Below, piece after piece: positions 25,816-46,300 of a stretch of 64,000 nt of DNA (the stretch's first letter is position 1; every line of letters begins with the position of its first letter). Where the stretch lies: contig JBBQUR010000006.1 in assembly GCA_038212275.1 (NCBI GenBank), positions 128,001-192,000 on the forward strand, read 5' to 3'. The position numbers and the translations under genes were made by a program. The notes below the pieces were generated by a model. That model was given only the letters and a program-made list of their open reading frames with translations, searched no databases and was not told where the DNA came from. The DNA comes from Planctomycetota bacterium (GTDB lineage Bacteria; Planctomycetota; B15-G4).

Positions 25816-28158
25816 TCAGGGCAGCAGGGTCACCGTCAGGGCATTGCTCAGCACGACGTTCGAGGGATGCGCCGCCCCCGTGTCCTTGGTGGCCATCTGT
25901 GCGACGAGCACGATGTTGGCGAGCACCGGGGAGTTGGCCAGCGGGAGCGTGGCCGTGAAGGCGCCGGCGCCGGCGGCACCGGCCGTTCCCCCCGACGGGT
26001 AGGTGAGCCAGAGCACCTGACCGCCGACATGAAAGGTCCCGCCGAAGGCCGTGAGCGGCGTGTCGACGGCGCTGAGGGCCAGGTAGACGAGCGAGCCGCC
26101 GACGAAGCCTTCGCCCCGGAAGCCGAAAGCCGCATTCCCGAGCAAGGGCAGGCCGCCGCTGAGCGTGGCGCGCGGCGTGAGGCCGCCGGTGCCCGGCGTG
26201 CCTCCGCCCAGCACGACGACGGGCGAGGCGTGAGCGAGTTCCCAGGTGGACGCCGAGGCGGAGCCGATGAGCAGCGAGCCGTCGGAGGTGTCGAGCGCCA
26301 GTGCGGTCGCGTTGGCGTCGAGCGGCATGTCGAGGGCCACTTCGAAGCTGTCGCCGCGGTTGCCGGAAACGAGCACCGATCCGTCGGCGTCGGAGACCCA
26401 CAGCAGGCCGGGCTGCTGCGGATGGAGCAGCAGCTCCGAGTCCGCGTGCAGGCTGACGCCGAGCGAGTGCCAGCTGCCGCCGCCGTTGTCCGTGCGCCAC
26501 AGCCCGGAACCGCTGTCGCCGCGATACGCCACGCCGGGTGCGAAGGGATCGAACTCCAGCAGCACGGCCGGCCCGGCATTCGTCAGCGCCGGCTGCAGCG
26601 TGGACCAGGTGAGCCCGGCGTTGAGGCTCTGCGCCCACTGATTGTTGTCGGACAGCTGCAGGACGCGCCCCGGCACGTGCGGATCCCATGCCACGGCGCG
26701 CGTGGCCCAGCCGCTCGTGCCGGCGACATCGGTCCAGGTGTTGCCGCCATCGAGGCTGCGGATGAGCGCCTTGGTGCCGAAGGCCGCGGGAGACATGCCT
26801 GCGATGACGCGCTGCGGATTGCCCGGATCGAAGGCGATGTCCTGCACGCTGCCCGCGCCGTAGGTCTCGTAGACCTTGCTGAAGCTCTGTCCGCCGTCGG
26901 TGAGCACGACGATCTGCGCGTTGTCCTGGAAGGACCCCACGCCGCCGGTCAGCCAGCGCGTCGCGTCGGTCGGATCGACGGCGATCGCGCGCGTGTCGGT
27001 GCCGAGGTCGTAGTGCCACGCCGTGGGCGTGAGGATCTCGCCGGACTCGCCGGCATAGACGCCGCTGCCGATGCCGATGACGCGCGGCCCGCCCGGGCTC
27101 GTGATCGCGACCGCGTTGATGTGCGAGACGAGGAAGCCGAGGTGCTGCCAGCTCGTGGGCGCGCCGGCGGGCATCACGTAGAGGCCGCCGCCGGCCTGGT
27201 CGTACAGGCCGCCGCCTTCGCAGCCGAAGTAGCGCGGGCCGGTGGCGGGCAGTGCGAGCGCGGTCGGGATCGGCGTGCTCTCCGGCCAGCCGTCGGTCGC
27301 GTCGAACCACGTCGCGCCTCCGTCGGTGGTCTGCACGAGGCTGGTGAGCGTCGCGTACCAGAGGCGGGCACCGCCGCCTTCCCATGCGAAGAACTCTCCG
27401 TTGCCGGCCGTCACCGCGGAGACGATGGGGTCGAAGCTCGCGCCGCCGTTCGTGCTGCGGAACATGCCGTTGAACGGCGTCCCGAGGAAGACCACGTCCG
27501 GGTCGGTCGGCGAGACGGTGAGGCACTGCACCCACTGCGAGAAGGCGCCGCCGACGGGCGCGAAGCTCGCGCCGCCGTTGCTGCTCTTGCGCACGCCGTG
27601 GAAGCTTCCCGCGTAGGCCGTTCCGCCATCCGCGGAGAGAGCGAGGCTGTCGAAGATCTCGCCGGCGAAGGGCACCAGCGTCGCGGTCGTCGTCCAGCTC
27701 AGGCCGCCGTTGGCCGAGCGATGGATGTTGAAGGCGTCGTAGGCGAGCACCGTGCTGCCGGTGGCGGGGAGCGCGAGGCCCTTGAGCGACTCGTCGGCGA
27801 CGAGCGGCAGCGTCGTCCAGGTCGCACCGAAGTCCGCCGAGCGCACGATGCGCGTGCCATCGATCGCGTACAGGCCGTGCACCTCGCCGGGCACCTGGGC
27901 CAGGTCCGACGCGTTCGCCGAGAGCCCGGCGCCGAAGGGCTCGAAGGTGACGCCGGCGTCTGCCGAGCGCATGAGCCCCTTGGTGTACTGGATGACGAGG
28001 ATCACGTCGGCGTCGAGCGGATCCACGAGGATCGAACCTGCCGAGCCGCCGAGCGGGCCAAGCGAGACGGGCACGCTGCCGGGTTCGAGCTGCGAGAAGG
28101 CTGCGGGGAGCAGAGACAGCGCGAACAGCGTGCAGCCGAGGACGTGGCGGGCGGACAT
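25816..28158 (-). CDS. Secreted BNR/Asp-box beta-propeller protein with a conserved C-terminal domain
   Basis: Signal peptide MSARHVLGCTLFALSLLPAAFSQ (ATG 28158); many SxDxGxTW/F Asp-boxes; ends ...AQMATKD...LSNALTVTLLP. Confidence 0.85.
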   Translation of the reverse strand: MSARHVLGCTLFALSLLPAAFSQLEPGSVPVSLGPLGGSAGSILVDPLDADVILVIQYTKGLMRSADAGVTFEPFGAGLSANASDLAQVPGEVHGLYAIDGTRIVRSADFGATWTTLPLVADESLKGLALPATGSTVLAYDAFNIHRSANGGLSWTTTATLVPFAGEIFDSLALSADGGTAYAGSFHGVRKSSNGGASFAPVGGAFSQWVQCLTVSPTDPDVVFLGTPFNGMFRSTNGGASFDPIVSAVTAGNGEFFAWEGGGARLWYATLTSLVQTTDGGATWFDATDGWPESTPIPTALALPATGPRYFGCEGGGLYDQAGGGLYVMPAGAPTSWQHLGFLVSHINAVAITSPGGPRVIGIGSGVYAGESGEILTPTAWHYDLGTDTRAIAVDPTDATRWLTGGVGSFQDNAQIVVLTDGGQSFSKVYETYGAGSVQDIAFDPGNPQRVIAGMSPAAFGTKALIRSLDGGNTWTDVAGTSGWATRAVAWDPHVPGRVLQLSDNNQWAQSLNAGLTWSTLQPALTNAGPAVLLEFDPFAPGVAYRGDSGSGLWRTDNGGGSWHSLGVSLHADSELLLHPQQPGLLWVSDADGSVLVSGNRGDSFEVALDMPLDANATALALDTSDGSLLIGSASASTWELAHASPVVVLGGGTPGTGGLTPRATLSGGLPLLGNAAFGFRGEGFVGGSLVYLALSAVDTPLTAFGGTFHVGGQVLWLTYPSGGTAGAAGAGAFTATLPLANSPVLANIVLVAQMATKDTGAAHPSNVVLSNALTVTLLP

Positions 28159-28380
28159 GGGTGCTGCTCCGAGGGGGGCGGGAACGCTGCGACCATACCA
28201 CTGGAGTTGCCGTCGGCGGCGATGCGCGGCGCGGGTCGCGCGGCGGCAGAGCCGCTGTCGGCTCCGGCCGGTGCGGGTGCGGGTGCGGGCGCGTGATCCG
28301 CGGCGGCGCGAGGTGCGTAGGGTATTCTCGGCCTGTTTCCTCGTGCACGTTCGCGACATGTCGACAGGAGCAGCAGACGG

Positions 28381-39062
<10,682 letters not shown>

Positions 39063-39063
39063 C

Positions 39064-42000
39064 GCGGTTATCAGCAGCATCAACGACTTCCTCACGACGC
39101 GCGTGTCCTACAAGCTGAACCTGCGCGGGCCGAGCATGAACCTGCAGACGGCGTGTTCGACGTCGCTGGTCGCAGTGCACGAAGCCTGCCGCAGCCTGCG
39201 CGACGGCCACTGCGACATGGCGCTGGCCGGCGGCGTCTCGGTGACGGTGCCCTGGGCCAGCGGTTATCTGTACGAGCCGATGGGGGTGCGCTCCTCGGAC
39301 GGACACTGCCGCAGCTTCGATGCGCGCGCCGAGGGCATGGTCAGCGGCAACGGCGTCGCGGTGGTGGTGCTCAAGCGTCTGGCCGATGCGCTCGCGGACG
39401 GCGATGCCGTGCACGCGGTCATCCGCGGCACGGCGGTCAACAACGACGGCTCGCGCAAGGTCGGCTTCACCGCGCCGAGCATCGACGGGCAGGCCGAGGT
39501 CATCGCGCAGGCGCAGTCGGCCGCGGGCGTCGAGCCGGACTCCATCGGCTACGTGGAATGCCACGGCACGGCCACCGCGCTCGGCGATCCGATCGAAGTG
39601 GCGGCGTTGACGCGCGTGTTCCGCGAGCGCACCGCGGCGTCCGGCTTCTGCGCGCTCGCCTCGCTCAAGTCGAACATGGGGCATCTCGATGCGGCGGCCG
39701 GCGTGGCCGGCCTGATCAAGGCGGCGCTGGCCGTGGAGCACGGCCTCATCCCGCCCAGCCTCCACTACGTCTCGCCCAATCCGGAGATCGACTTCGCCGG
39801 CTCGCCCTTCTACGTGAACACGAGCTGCCGCGAGTGGACGCCCGCGGGCAACGCGCCGCGCCGCGCGGGAGTCTCGGCCTTCGGCATCGGCGGCACGAAC
39901 GCGCACGCGGTGCTCGAGCAGCCGCCGCTGCGACCCGCGTCGGGGCCGTCGCGTCCGTGGCAGCTGCTGCAGCTCGCGGCGCGTTCCGAGTCGGCGCTGG
40001 ACGCGATGACCGCCCGCCTCGCCACGCAGCTGAAGGCCTCGCCCGGCACCTGTCTTGCGGATGCGGCGCACACGCTGCGCGTCGGGCGCCACGCCTTCGA
40101 GCATCGCCGCGCCGTGTTGTGCCGCGACACGGCGGAGGCCGTCGCGTGCCTGGAGGGTGCGCATCCCGAGCGCCGCTGGACGCGCCGTGCGCGCGAGCTC
40201 GACCGGCCCGTCGCCTTCCTCTTTCCCGGGCAGGGCGCGCAGTATGCGGACATGGGGCGCGGCCTGTATCGCACGGAGCCCGTGTTCCGCGACGTGCTCG
40301 ACGCATGCTTCGCGATCCTGCGCGACCGCCTCGGCCTGGACCTGCGCCCGGTGCTCTTCCCCGACGGCGGCGATCGCGAACAGGCTGCCGAGCGGCTGAC
40401 CGCGACGTCGCTGGCGCAGCCCGCGCTCTTCTGCATCGAGTACGCGCTGGCGAAGCTCTGGATGGCGTGGGGCGTGCAGCCGCGCGCCAGCCTCGGTCAC
40501 AGCGTCGGCGAGTTCGTCTCCGCGTGCCTCGCCGGCGTCATGAGCCTCGAAGACGCGCTGCACCTCGTCACCGTGCGTGGCCGGCTCATGGAGTCCATGC
40601 CTGCGGGCGTCATGCTTGCGGTGCCGCTGACGGAGGAGGCTCTGGCTTCTCGCCTCGCCTCGCGCGGCGAGCTCTGGCTCACGGGAGTGAACGCTCCGGA
40701 CTCCTGCGTCGTCGGCGGATCGGCGCAGGCCGTCGCGGCCTTCGAGCATGAGCTGTCCGCGGCCGGCATCGTGTCGACGCGTCTGCACACCTCGCACGCC
40801 TTTCACTCCGGCCTCATGGAGGGCGCCGTCGCGCCCTTCATCGAGGAGGTGCGCCAGCGGACGCTCTCCGCGCCGCAGCATCCCTACGTGTCCACGCTGA
40901 CCGGCGACTGGATCACGGCGGCGCAGGCCACCGACCCCGTCTTCTGGGGACGGCAGATCCGCGAGCCCGTGCGCTACTCGGCCGGCATTGCGCGGCTGAT
41001 GGAGGATGCATCGCTCGCGCTGCTGGAGCTCGGGCCCGGCTCGACGCTCGGCTCGCTCGCGCGCGCGCACGCCGGCTGCGGCGCCGAGCGCCTCGTCGTC
41101 GCGTCCATGCGGCATCCGCGTGCCAGCGACGACGACCAGGCCATCCTGCTTGGTGCGCTGGGGCGCTTGTGGATCGGTGGCGTGGCCTTCGACGCGCAGG
41201 CCTTTGTGGCCGCAGAGACGCGGCGCCGCATCGTGCTGCCCACCTATCCCTTCGAGCGCCAGCGCTACTGGGTCGAGCGTCGCGCCGCGCCCGCCGTCGC
41301 CTCGCGCCTCGCTCTCGACGACTGGTTCCACGCGCCGGTCTGGCGTCTCACGGGTCCACCCGCGCCGCCGGCGGCGGCGCCGCCTCCGCCGACCAGGACG
41401 ACACCCGCCGCGCCACGCCGTGCTTCGCGCGGCCTCGTCTTCGGGGACGGCGACCGTCTCGAGGAGCTCGTGGTCGCGGGGCTTGCAGAGGCGGGCATCG
41501 AGTCGCTCGTGGTGCGGCCGGGTGTCGCGTTCGAGAGCGACGGCAGGCAGATCACGCTGGATCCCGCCTCGCCCGAGCACGCGGCGCGGCTCGTGAACGA
41601 GTGCGTGGCGCGCGGAGAGATGCCGGCCTCGATCGTCCATCTGTGGTCGGCGCGTGATGACGAGGACAGCGCGTCGGACGCCCGACGTGGCTTCTTTCAC
41701 CTGGCGCTGCTCGCGCGGGCGCTGGCCGAGGCCGGCGTGCTCAGTCCGGTGCGCCTCACGGTGGTGACCAGCGGCGTGCACTCGGTGACCGGCCAGGAAG
41801 CTCTGCGACCCGAGCGGGCGCTCGTGCTCGGCGTGTGTCGCACGCTCGCGCTCGAACAGCCGAACCTCACGTGCCGCATGATCGACCTCGACGCCTCGCC
41901 CGTCCGTGCCGCGCAGCTTGTCGCGGAGCTGCTGTCCTCGGCGACGGAGCCTGTCGTGGCGTGGCGCGGCGGGCGGCGCTGGGCGGAGGCCTTCACGCCG

Positions 42001-43305
42001 GTTCCGCTGCCGCACGCGGGTGGGGCGCAGACTGTGCTGCCGCAGGGCAGCACGTGCCTTGTCACCGGCGGCCTCGGCGGCATGGGCCTGGCGCTGGCGC
42101 GTGCGCTGCACGAGAACTTCGGCGCGAAGCTCGTGCTGCTCGGTCGCACCAGGCTCCCCGAGCGCGCGCAGTGGGCCGACTGGCTCGCCCGGCACGCCGC
42201 CACGGACAAGGCCAGCCGGGCCATCCGCGGCGTGATGGCGCTCGAGCAGTCCGGCGCGGAGGTGCTCGCGCTTTCAGGCGACGTGACCGACCGCGCCGCG
42301 ATGGTCGCGCTGCTTGCGGAGGCGGAACGGCGCCTCGGCCCGATCCGCGGCGTGATTCACGCCGCCGGCGTGCCGCCCACGGGACTCCTGGCGCGCATGG
42401 ACGGCGCGCGCGCCGCCACCGTGCTGGCGCCCAAGGTCGCGGGGACGGCCGTGCTCATGGAGCTGCTCGGCGAGCGCGCGGACTTCATCGTGCTGTGTTC
42501 GTCACTCAACGCGGTCAAGGGCTTCCCGGGCGCGGCTGCGTACTCGGCGGCCAATGCCTGCCTCGATGCCTTCGCGCGCAGCGTCGAGGGCAGGCCCGGC
42601 GCGCGCGTGGTCTCGATCGGCTGGAACCGCTGGCGCGAGTCGGGGATGGCGGTGGACGCGGCCGGCGCTCCCCTCGCCGCCGACCAGGGCATCACCGACG
42701 CCGAGGGGCGCGAGGTGCTGCTGCGCGTGCTGGCCGCCCGACCCGGCGCGCACGTGCTGGTCTCCGAGCGCGACCTGCGCGAGGTGCTCGGTGCGGCGCG
42801 CCCCGGCGAGCCTGCAGCGGAGGGCGCCGCGGCGCAGGACGGCGCGTCGTCGCCGGCGTCCGAGGCGCACGCCCGGCCGGCGCTGGCCACGGACTTCGTC
42901 GCACCCGCCTCGGAGCTCGAGCGCGAGCTGGCTCTCGTCTGGGAGGAGTTCTTCGGGATCAGGCCGCTCGGCATCCACGACGACTTCTTCGAGCTGGGCG
43001 GCCACTCTCTGCTGGCGATGCGCGTCGTGAATCGCATCGGCCCGAGATACCCGGGCAGCAAGCTGACGCTGCGCGCGCTCTTCGATGCGCCGACCATTGC
43101 CGGGCTGGCCGCGCGCCTCGGCGGAGCCGCGCAGGCGGACATGGCACCGGCCGCCGGACGCACGCCGGATGCCGTCATTCCCGGGCGACCGGCCGCGCAG
43201 GCCGGGCTCGATGAGCTGGATCCCGATGCGCTGGCCGGACTTTCCGACGACGAGGTGGCGTCGCTGCTTGCGCGCCTCTCCGAGGACGGGTCAAGGGCCC
43301 CATGA
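39064..43305 (+). CDS. Hybrid NRPS-PKS subunit 2, 3' segment after the frameshift: rest of KS-AT(malonyl)-KR-ACP
   Basis: From 39064 the frame reads AVISSINDFLTTRVSYKLNLRGPS; KS TACSTS, HGTAT and GHL; AT GQGAQ, GHSVGE and HAFH; KR GGLGGMG and YSAAN; ACP GGHSL. Joined to the 5' segment it gives one ~2761-aa protein. Confidence 0.9.
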   Translation, partial: AVISSINDFLTTRVSYKLNLRGPSMNLQTACSTSLVAVHEACRSLRDGHCDMALAGGVSVTVPWASGYLYEPMGVRSSDGHCRSFDARAEGMVSGNGVAVVVLKRLADALADGDAVHAVIRGTAVNNDGSRKVGFTAPSIDGQAEVIAQAQSAAGVEPDSIGYVECHGTATALGDPIEVAALTRVFRERTAASGFCALASLKSNMGHLDAAAGVAGLIKAALAVEHGLIPPSLHYVSPNPEIDFAGSPFYVNTSCREWTPAGNAPRRAGVSAFGIGGTNAHAVLEQPPLRPASGPSRPWQLLQLAARSESALDAMTARLATQLKASPGTCLADAAHTLRVGRHAFEHRRAVLCRDTAEAVACLEGAHPERRWTRRARELDRPVAFLFPGQGAQYADMGRGLYRTEPVFRDVLDACFAILRDRLGLDLRPVLFPDGGDREQAAERLTATSLAQPALFCIEYALAKLWMAWGVQPRASLGHSVGEFVSACLAGVMSLEDALHLVTVRGRLMESMPAGVMLAVPLTEEALASRLASRGELWLTGVNAPDSCVVGGSAQAVAAFEHELSAAGIVSTRLHTSHAFHSGLMEGAVAPFIEEVRQRTLSAPQHPYVSTLTGDWITAAQATDPVFWGRQIREPVRYSAGIARLMEDASLALLELGPGSTLGSLARAHAGCGAERLVVASMRHPRASDDDQAILLGALGRLWIGGVAFDAQAFVAAETRRRIVLPTYPFERQRYWVERRAAPAVASRLALDDWFHAPVWRLTGPPAPPAAAPPPPTRTTPAAPRRASRGLVFGDGDRLEELVVAGLAEAGIESLVVRPGVAFESDGRQITLDPASPEHAARLVNECVARGEMPASIVHLWSARDDEDSASDARRGFFHLALLARALAEAGVLSPVRLTVVTSGVHSVTGQEALRPERALVLGVCRTLALEQPNLTCRMIDLDASPVRAAQLVAELLSSATEPVVAWRGGRRWAEAFTPVPLPHAGGAQTVLPQGSTCLVTGGLGGMGLALARALHENFGAKLVLLGRTRLPERAQWADWLARHAATDKASRAIRGVMALEQSGAEVLALSGDVTDRAAMVALLAEAERRLGPIRGVIHAAGVPPTGLLARMDGARAATVLAPKVAGTAVLMELLGERADFIVLCSSLNAVKGFPGAAAYSAANACLDAFARSVEGRPGARVVSIGWNRWRESGMAVDAAGAPLAADQGITDAEGREVLLRVLAARPGAHVLVSERDLREVLGAARPGEPAAEGAAAQDGASSPASEAHARPALATDFVAPASELERELALVWEEFFGIRPLGIHDDFFELGGHSLLAMRVVNRIGPRYPGSKLTLRALFDAPTIAGLAARLGGAAQADMAPAAGRTPDAVIPGRPAAQAGLDELDPDALAGLSDDEVASLLARLSEDGSRAP

Positions 43306-46300
43306 ACGACCGGCCGTCGTCCGAGCGTGACCGCGAGCAGCTCGCGGAGCTGCTGCGCAGACGCCGCGACGAGCGGCGCCTGCGCCCGGTCTCCTTCGCG
43401 CAGCGGCGCCTGTGGTTCCTCGACCAGCTGCTGCCCGACGGCACGCTCTACAACATCTGCTTCGCCTTCCGTCTGGGCGGGCCGCTCGACGTGGCGCTGC
43501 TGCGGGACTGCCTCGACGCGATCATCGCGCGACACGAAGTGCTGCGCACGACCTTCGAGGCGCGCGACGGCGAGCCCGTGCAGAAGGTGGGCGATGCGCA
43601 GCCGCTCGGCCTCGAGCTGGTGGAGCTCGGTGTGGTGCCGCGCGGAGAGCGCCTGGCCGAGGTCCGACGCTGGGCGCACGATCTCGGCAGTCGCCCCTTC
43701 GATCTCGCGCAGGGACCTCTCGTGCGCGGGCGGCTGCTGCGGCTCGCGGACGACGAGCATGTCCTGGTGCTCGCCATCCACCACATCGCCTTCGACGGCT
43801 GGTCCAGCGCGCTGCTGGTGGACGAGCTGGCCGCGCTGTACGCAGCGGGCGCGACCGCGCACCCGGGCGGCGCCGCCGGCCCGACGGCACCGGCCACACC
43901 GCCGCGTCCGTCCGCGCTCGCGCCTCTCGCCATCCAGTACGGCGACTTCGCCGCGTGGCAGCGCACGCAACTCGACGACGCGGCGCTGAAGGTTCACCTC
44001 GACTACTGGCGCGGCAAGCTGGCCGACGCGCCGGTGCTCGATCTTCCCACCGACCATGCCCGCCCGCCCGTGCCGCGGCATGCGAGCGCGCGTCGCTCGG
44101 TGGACCTCGGGGCGGACGTCGTGGCGGCACTGCAACGCCTCGGCCGCGAGAGCGGCAGCACGCTTTTCGCCACGCTGCTCGCAGCGCTGAAAGTCCTGCT
44201 GCATCGCTACACCGGCCAGGTGGATCTCGTCGTCGGCTCGCCGATCGCGGGACGCAACCGGCCCGAGACCGAGAAGCTCATCGGCTGCTTCGTGAACAGC
44301 CTCGTGCTGCGCACCGATCTCTCCGGCGACCCGAGCTTCCGGCAACTCCTCGGCCGCGTGCGCGAGACGGTGCTCGGCGCCTTCGAGCACGAGGACCTGC
44401 CCTTCGAGAAGCTCGTCGAGGCGCTGCAACCCGAGCGCGACATGAGCCGCAATCCCTTCTTCCAGGTGCTCTACTCCTTCCAGGGCGCGGCGGACTTCCA
44501 GGCGCCGGCGGGCGCGGACGCGGGCGCGCCCGCCGGCGCACTCGACATCCGCGCGCTGGAACTGGACTCGGGCACGACGCGGCTCGACCTCGAGGTCTAC
44601 GCCTTCAGCGGGGCGCACGGCCTGCGCGTGATGATCAACTACCGCACCGACCTGTTCGAGGCCGACACGATCGAGCGCATGCTCGGGCACTTCGCGACGC
44701 TTCTGGAAGGCATCGCGGCGCATCCCGACTGCCGCCTCTCCGAACTGCCGCTCCTCGGCGCCGACGAGGCCCGGTTCCTGCTCGAGACGTGGGGCCGATC
44801 CGCACTCGCGCTGCCCGCCGAGCGCACGGTGCACGCGCTCGTCGCGGCCCAGGTGGCGCGGACTCCGCACGCGGTGGCCGTCGGCATGGGCGAGGAACGC
44901 CTCAGCTATGCCGCGCTGCACGAGCGCGCCGTCCGCCTTGCCGCGCGGCTGACGGCGCTCGGTGTCGGACCCGGCGATCTCGTCGGCGTGTGCCTGCAGC
45001 GCAGTCCGGGAATGATCGTCGCGGTGCTTGCCGTGCTGGAGGCGGGGGCCGGCTACGTGCCGCTCGATCCTGGCTACCCTGCCGACCGCATCGTCTTCAT
45101 GCTGCAGGACGCGCAAGTGCGCGTCCTGCTCACGACCAGCGACCTGGCCGCGCACCTGTCCGTGCAGGACACGACCGTGCTCTGCCTCGATGCGGAGGAG
45201 ACGGCTGCGGAGCTGGTACCGGCTGCGCAGCAGGCCCCGTTGGCGCAGCAGGTCCGAGAGGCCGCGGACTCCGCCTCTTCGGCCTCACCCGTCGCGGTCG
45301 GGGCGTCTGCGCCCGGACGCCGCGCCGGACCCGAGGACCTGGCCTACGTGATCTACACCTCGGGCTCGACGGGACGCCCGAAAGGCGTGGCCGTCCCGCA
45401 CCGCACGGTGGTCAACCTGCTGGCCTCGATGCGTCGCGCGCCGGGCCTCGATGCGGACGACGTGCTGCTCGCCGTGACCACGCTGTCCTTCGACATCTCG
45501 GTGCTGGAGATCTTCCTGCCGCTGATCGTCGGTGCGCGGGTGGAGATCGCCGCGCGCGAGGAAGCCGCCGACGGCCACGCGCTGGCGCGCCGCCTCGCGG
45601 AGTCCGGCGCGACCTTTCTGCAGGCCACGCCGGCGACCTTCCGCATGCTGCTCGAGGCCGGCTGGGAGGGCGACGGGCGCCTGAAGGTGGTGCTCGGCGG
45701 CGAGGCCTGGGGCTGGGATCTCGCGTCGGAGCTGCTGGCGCGCTGCGGCCCGGTGTGGAACGGCTACGGCCCGACCGAGGCCACGGTCTACGCCACGATG
45801 CGGCAAGTGCAGCCCGGCGAAGGGCGCGTGAACATGGGCGGCGCTGTCGGCAACGTCACGCTGCACGTCCTCGACGCGTGGCAGAAGCCCGTGCCCATCG
45901 GCGTGCCGGGCGAGCTGCACATCGGCGGCGCGGGCGTCGCGCTCGGCTACCTCAATCGTCCCGAGCTGACGGCCGAGCGCTTCGTGCCCGACCCCTTCGC
46001 CACGACGCCGGGCGCGCGCTGCTACCGCACCGGCGACAAGGTGCGCTTCCGCGCCGACGGCAGCATCGAGTATCTCGGCCGCCTCGACCAGCAGATCAAG
46101 CTGCGCGGCTTCCGCATCGAGCCGGGCGAGATCCAGGACGCGCTGTCACGCCATCCGTGCGTGGCGGACTCGCTGGTCGTGGTGCGCGAGGATCGGCCCG
46201 GCGACCAGCGCCTCGTGGCCTACGTCGTGACGCGCGGCCCGGAGCTGCCTTCGACCGCGGAGCTGCCCTCGATCGCGGAGCTGCGCGACTTCCTGCGCGA

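Noticed and set aside
39063..40751. C-terminal ~560 aa of ORF 35019-40751 as a novel domain
   Set aside because: Out-of-frame read-through after the frameshift; the KS/AT sequence is in the other frame.
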